Shown: positions 36,358 through 45,375 of the stretch, piece after piece
Numbering within the stretch: the stretch's first letter is position 1
Layout of the letters: every line of letters starts with the position of its first letter
IMG/VR virus record: IMGVR_UViG_3300028569_000028
Span: 1-64,000 of that record
Reading direction: 5' to 3' (one strand)
DNA length: 64,000 bases
Source: a virus
Translations under genes and position numbers: made by a program
The notes under the pieces: generated by a model
What the model was told of the DNA's origin: nothing
Seen by the model: only the letters and a program-made list of their open reading frames with translations
The model's database searches: none

Positions 36358-36901
36358 CGCTAATCTACCCCCTATTCGGGTTTATGTCTGGGACTATTTC
36401 CTTTTTGACTGCGACTCTAATAAAGAAGGCAAAACTGGTGGACATTTAGTGTCTGTCCGAGCAAGACAGAATCAAGCCCTTCAATTTAACGTCATTTTGG
36501 ACACAGGTGCTCTTTTCACTGGACTTCCTGCCCATGCTATTACCTTTAGAGAAGACCTAAGTAATGGCAAATTAGAGCTTCCTGATGCTCAGATGTGGGA
36601 CTGTATTAGCGATGACGTAGAAGTGTTCTGTATGGAAAGTTTACGATATGCTGAATGCGAAGTTCGTCCCAGTATAATTGGAGCAAAATTAGGTACTTAT
36701 CTTTTCACAGTTGATTTTGTTGGGGGAGGCTATTCTAGGCATCCCACTCACTGGAAAATGCTTCATGCTGTTCAGACTTTGGATGGCTATTTTATGCTGT
36801 ATCCGCAATATAGAATTACTTTCTTGGATAAAGCTTTGTATGAAGATAAAGAACTTCCGCAGTATAAAGCAAATTCAAAACATTGGATTGTGGGTTCATG
36901 A
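36332..36901 (+). CDS. conserved phage hypothetical protein
   Basis: NANLPP...GALFTGLPAHA...MWDC...YLFTVDF. Confidence 0.65.
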   Translation: MLGSLRVNNANLPPIRVYVWDYFLFDCDSNKEGKTGGHLVSVRARQNQALQFNVILDTGALFTGLPAHAITFREDLSNGKLELPDAQMWDCISDDVEVFCMESLRYAECEVRPSIIGAKLGTYLFTVDFVGGGYSRHPTHWKMLHAVQTLDGYFMLYPQYRITFLDKALYEDKELPQYKANSKHWIVGS

Positions 36902-36982
36902 AAGACTTTACTTGGGGAACTTTAATTTGTTGCTTATTTTTAGCTTTTATGTTAGGGTTTTTAGCATGTCACAAGCTTTATA

Positions 36983-37411
36983 GTGGGCTTGAGGAGGAAA
37001 GTGATGCTAACTACGATTTTACTAGGCGGATTGACTCATCACTTTCTAGGAAGTAGCCTTCCATATTGCAATAGAGTTAATAACTTTGGATCAATTGTAA
37101 ATCCATATGCTGTTGTAATGAAGGGTATAGAAGATCTAAAAGCTGGATTTATTTTAGGCACAGACTCAGCTTGTGGTACAATTGTAGGTCCAGTTTCTAG
37201 TTTTAAGCTTAGCGATAACGTAGATTTTATTGCCGGAGCTTACAATACAAACTTTAGGGAATTTAATAAGTTAGGAATTAAACCGTCTAATATAGTAGGA
37301 CTAACTCCAATGATTGGAATAAATTACAAAGTTAAGCTTACTAAAAGCATAAGTTTGGATAACATCATTTCTTTTGGAATAGTTTCACACGCAGTAAGTT
37401 TCAGCTTCTAG
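36983..37411 (+). CDS. putative outer-membrane beta-barrel protein
   Basis: alternating amphipathic strands, C-terminal SFSF. Confidence 0.45.
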   Translation: MGLRRKVMLTTILLGGLTHHFLGSSLPYCNRVNNFGSIVNPYAVVMKGIEDLKAGFILGTDSACGTIVGPVSSFKLSDNVDFIAGAYNTNFREFNKLGIKPSNIVGLTPMIGINYKVKLTKSISLDNIISFGIVSHAVSFSF

Positions 37412-37677
37412 AAAAACATCTTAGCTACGCCAAAAATGAACATAGCAGCTGAAGATAAAGCTCCAATAACTTTAAGACTTGCATCCATTAAAGCGATATG
37501 CTTTTTAACTGGAACCATTTCTTGGCGAATAAGTTCAATATTTTCTTCTGCCAAGGATGTACGGTAAATGTGATGTTCTAAGTCTTTTGCCTGTCTAGCA
37601 AGGGTGACGTCAATACTGGAGAGTTTTTCATCAACTTTGTCTAACTTCTCTTCAATCTTTGTAAGCTGCTCTTTCAT
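37408..37677 (-). CDS. coiled-coil protein with C-terminal TM helix (holin/hemolysin XhlA-like)
   Basis: heptad N-terminus, hydrophobic C-terminus. Confidence 0.5.
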   Translation of the reverse strand: MKEQLTKIEEKLDKVDEKLSSIDVTLARQAKDLEHHIYRTSLAEENIELIRQEMVPVKKHIALMDASLKVIGALSSAAMFIFGVAKMFF

Positions 37678-37691
37678 GACATTCCCTTTTT

Positions 37692-39758
37692 TTAAGCTGG
37701 ACCTTTTAGCATTAACGGTACTTCTTCTTCTGTTTCTTTCTTATCTTTAAGCTTACGCAATAATTCTCGAAAAGCTGGTTGCTGGTTTAGTCCAAAAAGG
37801 ATAGCTTCTTTCTGAGAAGCTGGAGCATCTACAATTTGGCTTAGAACACGGCTATATTCTTGGGAAGCTTTGTCTGGAGAAGCTTGCATAGATTGAAGAA
37901 CAGAAGCTATTTCAGAAGGATTGTCGGCTTTTAAAGTTTTTTTATAAACATTATATTGAGAACCTGCTTGTCCTCTTTCTAAACGCCTCAAAGCTTCTGA
38001 GCTAAAGTCTACCTCAGTTGGCTGCTCATAAAATTCTTTTGCTGGTTTAATAAAGGCTTCTCCAGCTGCTTTAGTTGCTGGAACAACACCTTTTTCTAGC
38101 TCTTTTTTACCGGCTACATAAGCTCCTGTAACATCTGTAAATGGGATTGGATTGATAACTTCACCTGCAGTAACGCCTAATTTTTCTACACCTTCTAATC
38201 CAGCTTCTTCGGCTCCTTTGTAAGCCATGCCCCCAGCAACTAAAGCACCTAGCGGTCCTAGAATTTTTGATGCTTTTGCGGCTGTTTTATAAAGTCCTGA
38301 GCCTTTAGCTAAAGAAGCTGCTTCTTGTATTTTGGTTCCGGTTGGTATTAGTGGCACTGTAGACAATGCTCCCAATGCTCCCCCTACTCCACCAACAGCA
38401 GATCCTGCGCCAAGTGCAGCTAATGTTTTTAATCTAGTTACTCCCGGTAAATCTTTTGCCTCTTTTACTGTTTTTTTAATTCCCGATAACGGAAACTCTG
38501 TTTGAAATCTATCCATATTTACTGGAAGCATGTCGCTCTGAAGCGGAACATTAAGCTCTACTTGTAATTCTTGAGCTTGATTAATATATTTATTTAACCT
38601 ATTAATCTCTTTATCATTTCCTGTTTTATATAGGTTTTCTATTTTTTTATCATTTGTAATTTTAATATTACCTTCAGTATCTAAGCCTAATCCGAACTCC
38701 CTCATTCCTTTTTCAAGCTGTATAGCTTTTTGAGATTGAGCCTGTCCTTTTTTATATCCCTCAGCCCCTTCTAAATCTTTTAAATAGTTAGAAACGTTTC
38801 TAGCAATTTCTTGTTTAAATTTTTCAGCTTCACTTGGAGCAGCTAGGTAACTTAGTTGGTCTTGTAAACCTCTAACATAACTTGCTAAATTCTCAGGTGA
38901 TATGGAGCCTGTTTTTAAAAAGTCTATTTCTTTTCTTAAAGCTTCTCCTAATTCTTTTTGTATTTTTTTATTAGCTAGTTCTGGACGAGCCTGTAAAAGC
39001 TCTCCCGGAATATTAGTAGATTTTTCAAAATCCTTTAAAGTTGGAGGAATAGATTCGGTAGGACTTTTTGCTAATTCTGGAATAGTTTCTGAAAGTTTTG
39101 AATTAACATTTTTCAATTCTTGAGATAATGTATTAATTTCTTTATTTCTTTCTATTGATTCAATGCCAGATTCTTGAATTTTTAATAATTTATTTTTTAG
39201 TATTTCTTGTTCATCTAATAAACTTTGTAATTCTGAAGCTTTTTTAGAAGGAACTTTTTTAGCTTGTGGCATTTCTTCTGGAGCAAGTTCCATTACTGGA
39301 CCTTTGGTAATATCCCCCAGTTCTGGTATAATTTCTTGACCGCTAATAGGAGCTAAACCTTTAAGACTTTCAACTCCACGCTTTCTAGCTTCAAAGCCAG
39401 CTTGTCTTGTTTGTTGTGTTAGTTCTTGAAATTTATCTAAAAGATCTGAGAATGACCTAGCTTTTTTGTAATCTTCCGGGGCTTCAGATATAGTTTTCAT
39501 TTGTTGAGGAGTTAACACTCCAACTTTTTCTAAAGCGTATTGTCCTGCTCCAGAAACTCCTCTACGCAAAGCTTCTGTTGCTAAACCACCTGTTATTGCT
39601 GCGGTTTTTATTTTAGGTTGTTCAGATATAGGTTCCTGTTTTGTAACTACTGTTTCATTTACATCTTCTGTATCTTCAAAAGCAGGTAATGATTCTGTTT
39701 GATCAAAACTTGGTAATTCCTCAGTATCTTCAAAAGCTGGAAGTTTTTCATTTGCCAT
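37692..39758 (-). CDS. putative internal virion / ejection protein
   Basis: helical, Gly/Ala TM-like segments, LP.F..TE N-terminal repeats; position in late operon. Confidence 0.55.
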   Translation of the reverse strand: MANEKLPAFEDTEELPSFDQTESLPAFEDTEDVNETVVTKQEPISEQPKIKTAAITGGLATEALRRGVSGAGQYALEKVGVLTPQQMKTISEAPEDYKKARSFSDLLDKFQELTQQTRQAGFEARKRGVESLKGLAPISGQEIIPELGDITKGPVMELAPEEMPQAKKVPSKKASELQSLLDEQEILKNKLLKIQESGIESIERNKEINTLSQELKNVNSKLSETIPELAKSPTESIPPTLKDFEKSTNIPGELLQARPELANKKIQKELGEALRKEIDFLKTGSISPENLASYVRGLQDQLSYLAAPSEAEKFKQEIARNVSNYLKDLEGAEGYKKGQAQSQKAIQLEKGMREFGLGLDTEGNIKITNDKKIENLYKTGNDKEINRLNKYINQAQELQVELNVPLQSDMLPVNMDRFQTEFPLSGIKKTVKEAKDLPGVTRLKTLAALGAGSAVGGVGGALGALSTVPLIPTGTKIQEAASLAKGSGLYKTAAKASKILGPLGALVAGGMAYKGAEEAGLEGVEKLGVTAGEVINPIPFTDVTGAYVAGKKELEKGVVPATKAAGEAFIKPAKEFYEQPTEVDFSSEALRRLERGQAGSQYNVYKKTLKADNPSEIASVLQSMQASPDKASQEYSRVLSQIVDAPASQKEAILFGLNQQPAFRELLRKLKDKKETEEEVPLMLKGPA

Positions 39759-39760
39759 AA

Positions 39761-41011
39761 TTAATCCACGAATCTTATTGGTTTTAAAGTAGTTGTATCA
39801 TATTCTACAGTTCTTCCACTCTTTTTATCTTTTCTAAGAAGTGTTTGAGATTTAGTTGTAGTTGGTTGTTCTTGTTGTTGCAAAACTAAATCTGGACGAA
39901 TAGTTTCTTTAACCTCGCCTTCTGACATTTTAGTACGCTTAGTACCTTGTTTTGCATATACGTTTAATCTATCTTGTAAATCTCTTTGTCCTGCTTTTTC
40001 AAAAGTATTGGCAAGTTGATTCATAAATTTTTTATTATTCTCAGTTAATGTACCAGTAGCAAGCTCTTGTGCAGCTTGTTGTAATCTATCTAAAACTGCT
40101 CTACTTCCACCAAATACGCTAACATCTTGGTCTGTTAATGTTCCAACTTCTCCAGATGCTCTTGCTGCAAAACGCTTAGCAGCCTCTGCTCCAATTGGGT
40201 TGTTTTCAGAAAGAAAATCTCTCATAGTTCTTGCAGAAGCCATTCTTTCTTCTGCTTTTACAACTTGTTTATCTTTATTAAAAGATTCCTGCAAATTCTT
40301 TACTTTATCATATTCAAATTTATCTTCTCTAAACTGTCTGGACTCTTCTTTCCCAGCCCCCATCCTTTCAACTTGCTTTCCATATAGTCTGTTCTTTTCT
40401 TCCATTGCTTGAATGCGTTGTTTTTCTAATTCTCTTTTAGCTGTAGAAGATTCACCTATAGCTAATTGCTTATATTGATCCATCAATGCTTGTCTTCTAG
40501 CAGCAACATCACTTTGAATCTCTGGAGCTGTTGCAAACATATCAGCAACTTTACCCAATCCAGCACCTTGCTGAACTTGTACTCCCGGAGCTTTAACATT
40601 CATTTGACCTTGAGCATTAAGATACGTAGCTAACGCATCCCCAATACTTCCGCCAACTTTTAGCATTCTATCACGACTTCTGGCATCTTCCAAGCTTTGC
40701 TGATCTTTTCCAAGCATTTTTTGATACTCAGCAATTAAAGCTTCTGACTTTGACATTGTAGTTTTTGTGTCATCTGTGTCATCTTTAGCTGGAGGAGCTG
40801 GGGCTTTTGGGGCAGTTGAGGATTTAGTACTTTTTTGTGTATCTATTTTTGGAGCTACAATTGGAGCAACTTGTGGAACAACAACTTCTGGAGCTTGCAT
40901 AGATAGCTGAGCAAGTTCTTCTGGAGTTAATGGAGCATTATCTTCTTGTGCTCCAAAAGCACTCATTAGCTCATTATTATTTAGCTGATCTAAAAAAATG
41001 TTTTTAGCCAT
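39761..41011 (-). CDS. putative ejection protein
   Basis: Gln/Ala-rich helical; G.LTDQDV motif; context. Confidence 0.55.
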   Translation of the reverse strand: MAKNIFLDQLNNNELMSAFGAQEDNAPLTPEELAQLSMQAPEVVVPQVAPIVAPKIDTQKSTKSSTAPKAPAPPAKDDTDDTKTTMSKSEALIAEYQKMLGKDQQSLEDARSRDRMLKVGGSIGDALATYLNAQGQMNVKAPGVQVQQGAGLGKVADMFATAPEIQSDVAARRQALMDQYKQLAIGESSTAKRELEKQRIQAMEEKNRLYGKQVERMGAGKEESRQFREDKFEYDKVKNLQESFNKDKQVVKAEERMASARTMRDFLSENNPIGAEAAKRFAARASGEVGTLTDQDVSVFGGSRAVLDRLQQAAQELATGTLTENNKKFMNQLANTFEKAGQRDLQDRLNVYAKQGTKRTKMSEGEVKETIRPDLVLQQQEQPTTTKSQTLLRKDKKSGRTVEYDTTTLKPIRFVD

Positions 41012-41022
41012 ATTATTTATTC

Positions 41023-41985
41023 CTATTTCAATTTATTCATGTAAAAATCATCATAAGGATTAGCTGCAGTATCTCCACCATAACCACTCATTGCTGTTTG
41101 AGTTCCAGCTCCTGCGGCTGCACTTTTACCATAAGCTCCCATACCAGCAGCACCTACTGTACCTGCTAAGTTTAACATAGCTCCAGTTTGAGCTTGCTTA
41201 GCTTGTTGAGCCGCTGCCGCCTGTTTTTGCAAATTATCCGCCATTGAAGTTTGTGCCCCAGAGACTCCAGTAGCTTTTGCCATTTCCATTCGAAACTGTT
41301 CAGGAATTAAACCTTTATTTGCTATTTCCATTTGATTTCTTGTAGCAGTTCCCATATTTGCGATATTTTGTTTTTGTTGTATATTAAATAAATTAATAGC
41401 TTCTCTTGCTCTTTTATTTTCTAAATTAATTTCATCAGCTCTGGTAGCTTTCTGTCCAGCAAGTCCGAGTTGTTGTTGTTGCATTCCAGAAGCCATATTT
41501 GATTGTTGTCCTAAAGCTGCCATTCTTGCTTGTTGAGCTTGAGCTGCTGTTTGTAAAGCAACATCCCTTCCACTTTGACCTGCACCTTGAACTGCTTGTG
41601 CCTGAAGAGCTAACTTCTGTCCTTGACCAAGAGTTGGATCTTCTTTAAGTTGCTGTAAACGAGCTTGTTCTGAGCCGGCAATTCTACCAAGTCCTTCTTC
41701 TAAGTTTAATCTAGATTGAGCATCAAGTCCACCAGCTTCTGTAACTCCAGTAATTCCTTCTAATGCTGCCATTTGTGCAGCTTGAAGTCTTGGGTCCATT
41801 GCAATTTCTTCAAATCTGGATGGTCCTAATGCTTCAGCTTCCAATTGTCCTACAAGTTCTGGAGCTTCCAATGCAATTTTTTGAGCTTCAATTGTTGGAA
41901 TACCGATAGCTTCTAGACGGGCAATGTTGTCTCGCATAAGCTTGTTGGCTGATTTCATTTCACTTTTTCCAGCATTTTTACTCAT
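41023..41985 (-). CDS. putative ejection/pilot protein
   Basis: Gln/Ala/Gly-rich with C-terminal Gly-Ala segment. Confidence 0.55.
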   Translation of the reverse strand: MSKNAGKSEMKSANKLMRDNIARLEAIGIPTIEAQKIALEAPELVGQLEAEALGPSRFEEIAMDPRLQAAQMAALEGITGVTEAGGLDAQSRLNLEEGLGRIAGSEQARLQQLKEDPTLGQGQKLALQAQAVQGAGQSGRDVALQTAAQAQQARMAALGQQSNMASGMQQQQLGLAGQKATRADEINLENKRAREAINLFNIQQKQNIANMGTATRNQMEIANKGLIPEQFRMEMAKATGVSGAQTSMADNLQKQAAAAQQAKQAQTGAMLNLAGTVGAAGMGAYGKSAAAGAGTQTAMSGYGGDTAANPYDDFYMNKLK

Positions 41986-42334
41986 ATCTCACACCTCTAT
42001 TATAAATTATCTGATAAACATCTTCGTAATTATGTTGCATTCCAAAAAGCCTACAAAGATGCGCAGTTCTTTGTTGGGTAAACTCAGAAGTGCTTTTACT
42101 TATTTGAGCAGAAATTGTTTTACATTCTTTTTGTTTAGCAATTTCTTCTACTTTAGTTGCTAATTCTTTCCACTTATCTCTACCCCTTGCTAGAGGAGTT
42201 ACGTACATTTCTATAATTTTTATACATTTAACTGGACCAATTTCCTGTAGCTCATAAGTTACAAAGCTATCTTCATCCTCTAAGGTTTCCCAGTTAACCG
42301 TTTCTTTAACAAACTCTGCGTATAGACTAGCCAT
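41978..42334 (-). CDS. GNAT-fold acetyltransferase-like protein
   Basis: IIEMYVTPLARGR motif A; such genes often sit by podovirus internal proteins. Confidence 0.65.
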   Translation of the reverse strand: MASLYAEFVKETVNWETLEDEDSFVTYELQEIGPVKCIKIIEMYVTPLARGRDKWKELATKVEEIAKQKECKTISAQISKSTSEFTQQRTAHLCRLFGMQHNYEDVYQIIYNRGVRYE

Positions 42335-44556
42335 TAACTTTGCCTACGCAATAAATCCGTTAAAGCTGCAGTTCTTGCTCTTGTTGCTTCTGTATCAACA
42401 ATATTAGCTCTATTTTCAAATCCTTGACCTTGTAGAAATTGAGCATATTTATTTTGTAAATCTTGAATTGCTAAATCTTTTGCTATTGCAGAACCATAAG
42501 CTTTCATCTCTCCAGTATTAATACCGCCTATAGCTCCTCCGATTCCTCGTAAAGCACTGCCTATAGCTCCGCTAGAGCTTCCGCCAACATTAGAGATAGC
42601 TCCTCCAACTTTTGAGCGAGCATCTTGAACTCCTGTTGCAATAGTTCCTAATCCTTTAATTCCTAATTTTTCTTCTAGTTCTTTTGCAAGATCAGTATAC
42701 AATTGAGTTGTGTCTAAAGTATTAGCCCCTGCGAATCCCCCAACAGCTCCTCCTATTGCAGCTCCTATACCAGCACCAATAGGACCAGTTCCAGTCATAG
42801 CACCAATACTAGCCCCTGTACTAGCTCCTGCACCAACACCTTCTAGTGCCGATCCGCCAATTCCTTCTTGTATATCTCTACTAGTTGATGTAGCACCTAA
42901 ATATTTATTAAGCAAGTCTTTATCTGACAGTAGAGATTTTATCCCTTCTGTACCTTCTGCACCAACATCGTACCCAGCTTGACGAAGCATGTCAGATACA
43001 TTCCCTTCAACAGATGCACCGTATGTTTTTGTTTTTTTACCATATACATTACCACGAGATACTTTCTTTTCTCCCGTTCCTGTTAATGTAGCTCCCTCGG
43101 CTGCAGTTTTAAATCCTTGCTGAGATTCATTTAACAACCTTCTAAAAGACTCGACATCTAAGGAAGATGATAAATCCTGAGTTCCGGCTTTTGATAAATC
43201 GCTATATGTTAAATCTTTTTGTAATTCTCTTGAAATATCTGTACCAGCAAGTTGTTGTAATGCAAGTTGTCTAGAAAGTTCATCTTTAGTAATAAGTTTA
43301 GCACGTTCTGCTTCAGCAGCTTTGATATCTTCTGGACGAATGTTATAAAGTCCCTCACCCGCTCCAATTCCTAAAACAGCAGCTTCTTCTGCAGATAATT
43401 CCCATTGTGGCTTAGTTTTAGTTGCTAATGATTGTTTAAAATACTCTGGAAGTCTATCCCACTCTGTTTGATAAACTGGATTACCTGCTGTATCTACAAT
43501 TTGCTTTCCTGCAGAATCAAGTTTTGCAATTTTATTGCCTTGCGTATCAACTGCTGGAGTTTTAATTAAATCATCAATTCTTTTTTCTGTAGCTTGTTCT
43601 TCTACAGCTCTTGCTCCAGTAAACTCTTGTCTTGCTCCAGATCGAATCCCTTCAATTACGGCTTGTCTTTGTACTGCCTCATTGGTGGAAAGATTCTGAG
43701 CAGCTTGTAAAGCTTCTTGAGCTTTAGCAGCTGGTTGAGCTTGTTCTTGTAGTTGTTTAACGCCTTGCTGAGATGCGTTTAAAAGAAGAGCATCAAGCTT
43801 TGACACACCCCTTCCATATTCTCTCGTTCTACCAAATACATCTTTTAAAAGCTGCTCTCTACCTAACGCAGTCTGAGTCTTTTGTGCCGCTTCCTGAGCT
43901 GTTCTAGCTTTCTGAGATGCTTGTTCGTAAAGCCCCGCTTGCTGAAGAGAAGCCGGTCCTTGATATTGAGCATTAATAATTTCAGCAAAACGCTGTTGTT
44001 GTTCTGGAGTGAAATATTGTTGAGCTTGAGCTTGTGGCTGAGTTGGTGCTTGAGTGGGGGTTGGAATAGCTGGAGCTTGTCCTTCTACTAATGCTGCAGC
44101 TTGTGTTTGTGGTTGTGGTTGTGGAGCTTGATAAGTCGCTCCTCTAGCAGTTCCAACAATACCTTTAGCTTCTTGTGCAGCTGTTTCCATACTCTTGATG
44201 GAGCCAGCTTCCATTCGTCTTCCAAACGCTTCCTGAGCTTGTTGTGTGCCTTTTTGAGCACCTGCTCCAAGTTTCTGAACCTGTTGAGTAGCGGCTTGAG
44301 CAACACGCTGTTGCCCTCCACTTTGAGCGGCTTGTAAATAATTTTTTAAATTGGAAAAAGTGCCAGTTCCAGCTTTAGGCTGTTTTGGCATTGGCATTGA
44401 TGATTGGGATGGTTGACTCGCTCCAATAGTTGCTGGAGCGGAGGAAGCCTGTTGAGGCTGTTGTTCTTCGGGCTGTGGTTGACCAGCCATGCCTTGACCT
44501 AGTGCTTGGCTTGTACCTTGACCTTGTTGTTGTTCTTCGTCTTTTACAATAGCCAT
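42334..44556 (-). CDS. putative ejection / internal virion protein
   Basis: Q/A/P-rich N-terminus, glycine-zipper C-terminus; preceded by late motif. Confidence 0.6.
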   Translation of the reverse strand: MAIVKDEEQQQGQGTSQALGQGMAGQPQPEEQQPQQASSAPATIGASQPSQSSMPMPKQPKAGTGTFSNLKNYLQAAQSGGQQRVAQAATQQVQKLGAGAQKGTQQAQEAFGRRMEAGSIKSMETAAQEAKGIVGTARGATYQAPQPQPQTQAAALVEGQAPAIPTPTQAPTQPQAQAQQYFTPEQQQRFAEIINAQYQGPASLQQAGLYEQASQKARTAQEAAQKTQTALGREQLLKDVFGRTREYGRGVSKLDALLLNASQQGVKQLQEQAQPAAKAQEALQAAQNLSTNEAVQRQAVIEGIRSGARQEFTGARAVEEQATEKRIDDLIKTPAVDTQGNKIAKLDSAGKQIVDTAGNPVYQTEWDRLPEYFKQSLATKTKPQWELSAEEAAVLGIGAGEGLYNIRPEDIKAAEAERAKLITKDELSRQLALQQLAGTDISRELQKDLTYSDLSKAGTQDLSSSLDVESFRRLLNESQQGFKTAAEGATLTGTGEKKVSRGNVYGKKTKTYGASVEGNVSDMLRQAGYDVGAEGTEGIKSLLSDKDLLNKYLGATSTSRDIQEGIGGSALEGVGAGASTGASIGAMTGTGPIGAGIGAAIGGAVGGFAGANTLDTTQLYTDLAKELEEKLGIKGLGTIATGVQDARSKVGGAISNVGGSSSGAIGSALRGIGGAIGGINTGEMKAYGSAIAKDLAIQDLQNKYAQFLQGQGFENRANIVDTEATRARTAALTDLLRRQS

Positions 44557-44575
44557 ATGTATTTTTCCTCTGTAA

Positions 44576-44587
44576 TATAAGGGTGTT
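44576..44587 (-). promoter_or_regulatory. putative late promoter AACACCCTTATA
   Basis: 19 nt upstream of ATG 44556. Confidence 0.65.
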
Positions 44588-44633
44588 AAATGGCATTTTT
44601 CACATTCAACACAATATCAATTACTTATAACTA

Positions 44634-44662
44634 TTGCCAGTCTCACAAAGTTATGCTATATT
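44634..44662 (+). promoter_or_regulatory. sigma70-type promoter antisense to the late arm
   Basis: TTGCCA-17bp-TATATT with TG extension. Confidence 0.5.
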
Positions 44663-44967
44663 TGTGAACGGAGACTAACATCTCCTCTTTTTGCTCTTTT
44701 GGACCGTGAAATAGAGAGTTTACAAGCGAACTCGATATATGAGCCGGTGTAGGAAACGAAATACTCAACTAGGTGTCGTAAAACCACTAAGTACCTAGCG
44801 GAAAGCCAGAGAGTTAAACAAAACAACTTATAGACTTGGGGTTTTGTAGAAAAGAGAAATTCAGGTTAAAAGCCCCAGCCTTATCCCCAATTAGCTAAAA
44901 AGCACATTAAGGATTTGGTTTTACTAAAAAGAGATTTAAGCTCTATATAAGTGAAACTATGTCAAAA

Positions 44968-45375
44968 TTACTGAATAAGCTCCAGCGTTAACCTATACTT
45001 TACTCCAGTAGTAAATCCCACCCCATAATTAATCTTAACAATGCCATTGCCTTGAAAGCTCCAGTCAAGATATGGAACCTGAGAAATTCTTGAAGCATTA
45101 GTAATGTTTTGAATCTTTCCAATGTGAAGCATTGAAACAAAGCTTAAGTTCGTTACAATACTAGCATTTCCAACAGGCTTGCCTGTAGAATCAAAGCTAA
45201 TATCAATGTTAACTTTGGCACGAGCTAAATTATCAAAATCAAGTTGACCATTTACAACTTGGTATATTTCATCAGCAAATTCATTATAAGAACCAGCAAC
45301 TCCCTCAATAACTTCTTGAGCTTCTTTGCTGTAATCCTCTGGAATAATTCTTCGAATATCACTTAACTTTGGCAT
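44968..45375 (-). CDS. virion-associated hypothetical protein
   Basis: TAATG-coupled to the nozzle gene. Confidence 0.6.
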   Translation of the reverse strand: MPKLSDIRRIIPEDYSKEAQEVIEGVAGSYNEFADEIYQVVNGQLDFDNLARAKVNIDISFDSTGKPVGNASIVTNLSFVSMLHIGKIQNITNASRISQVPYLDWSFQGNGIVKINYGVGFTTGVKYRLTLELIQ

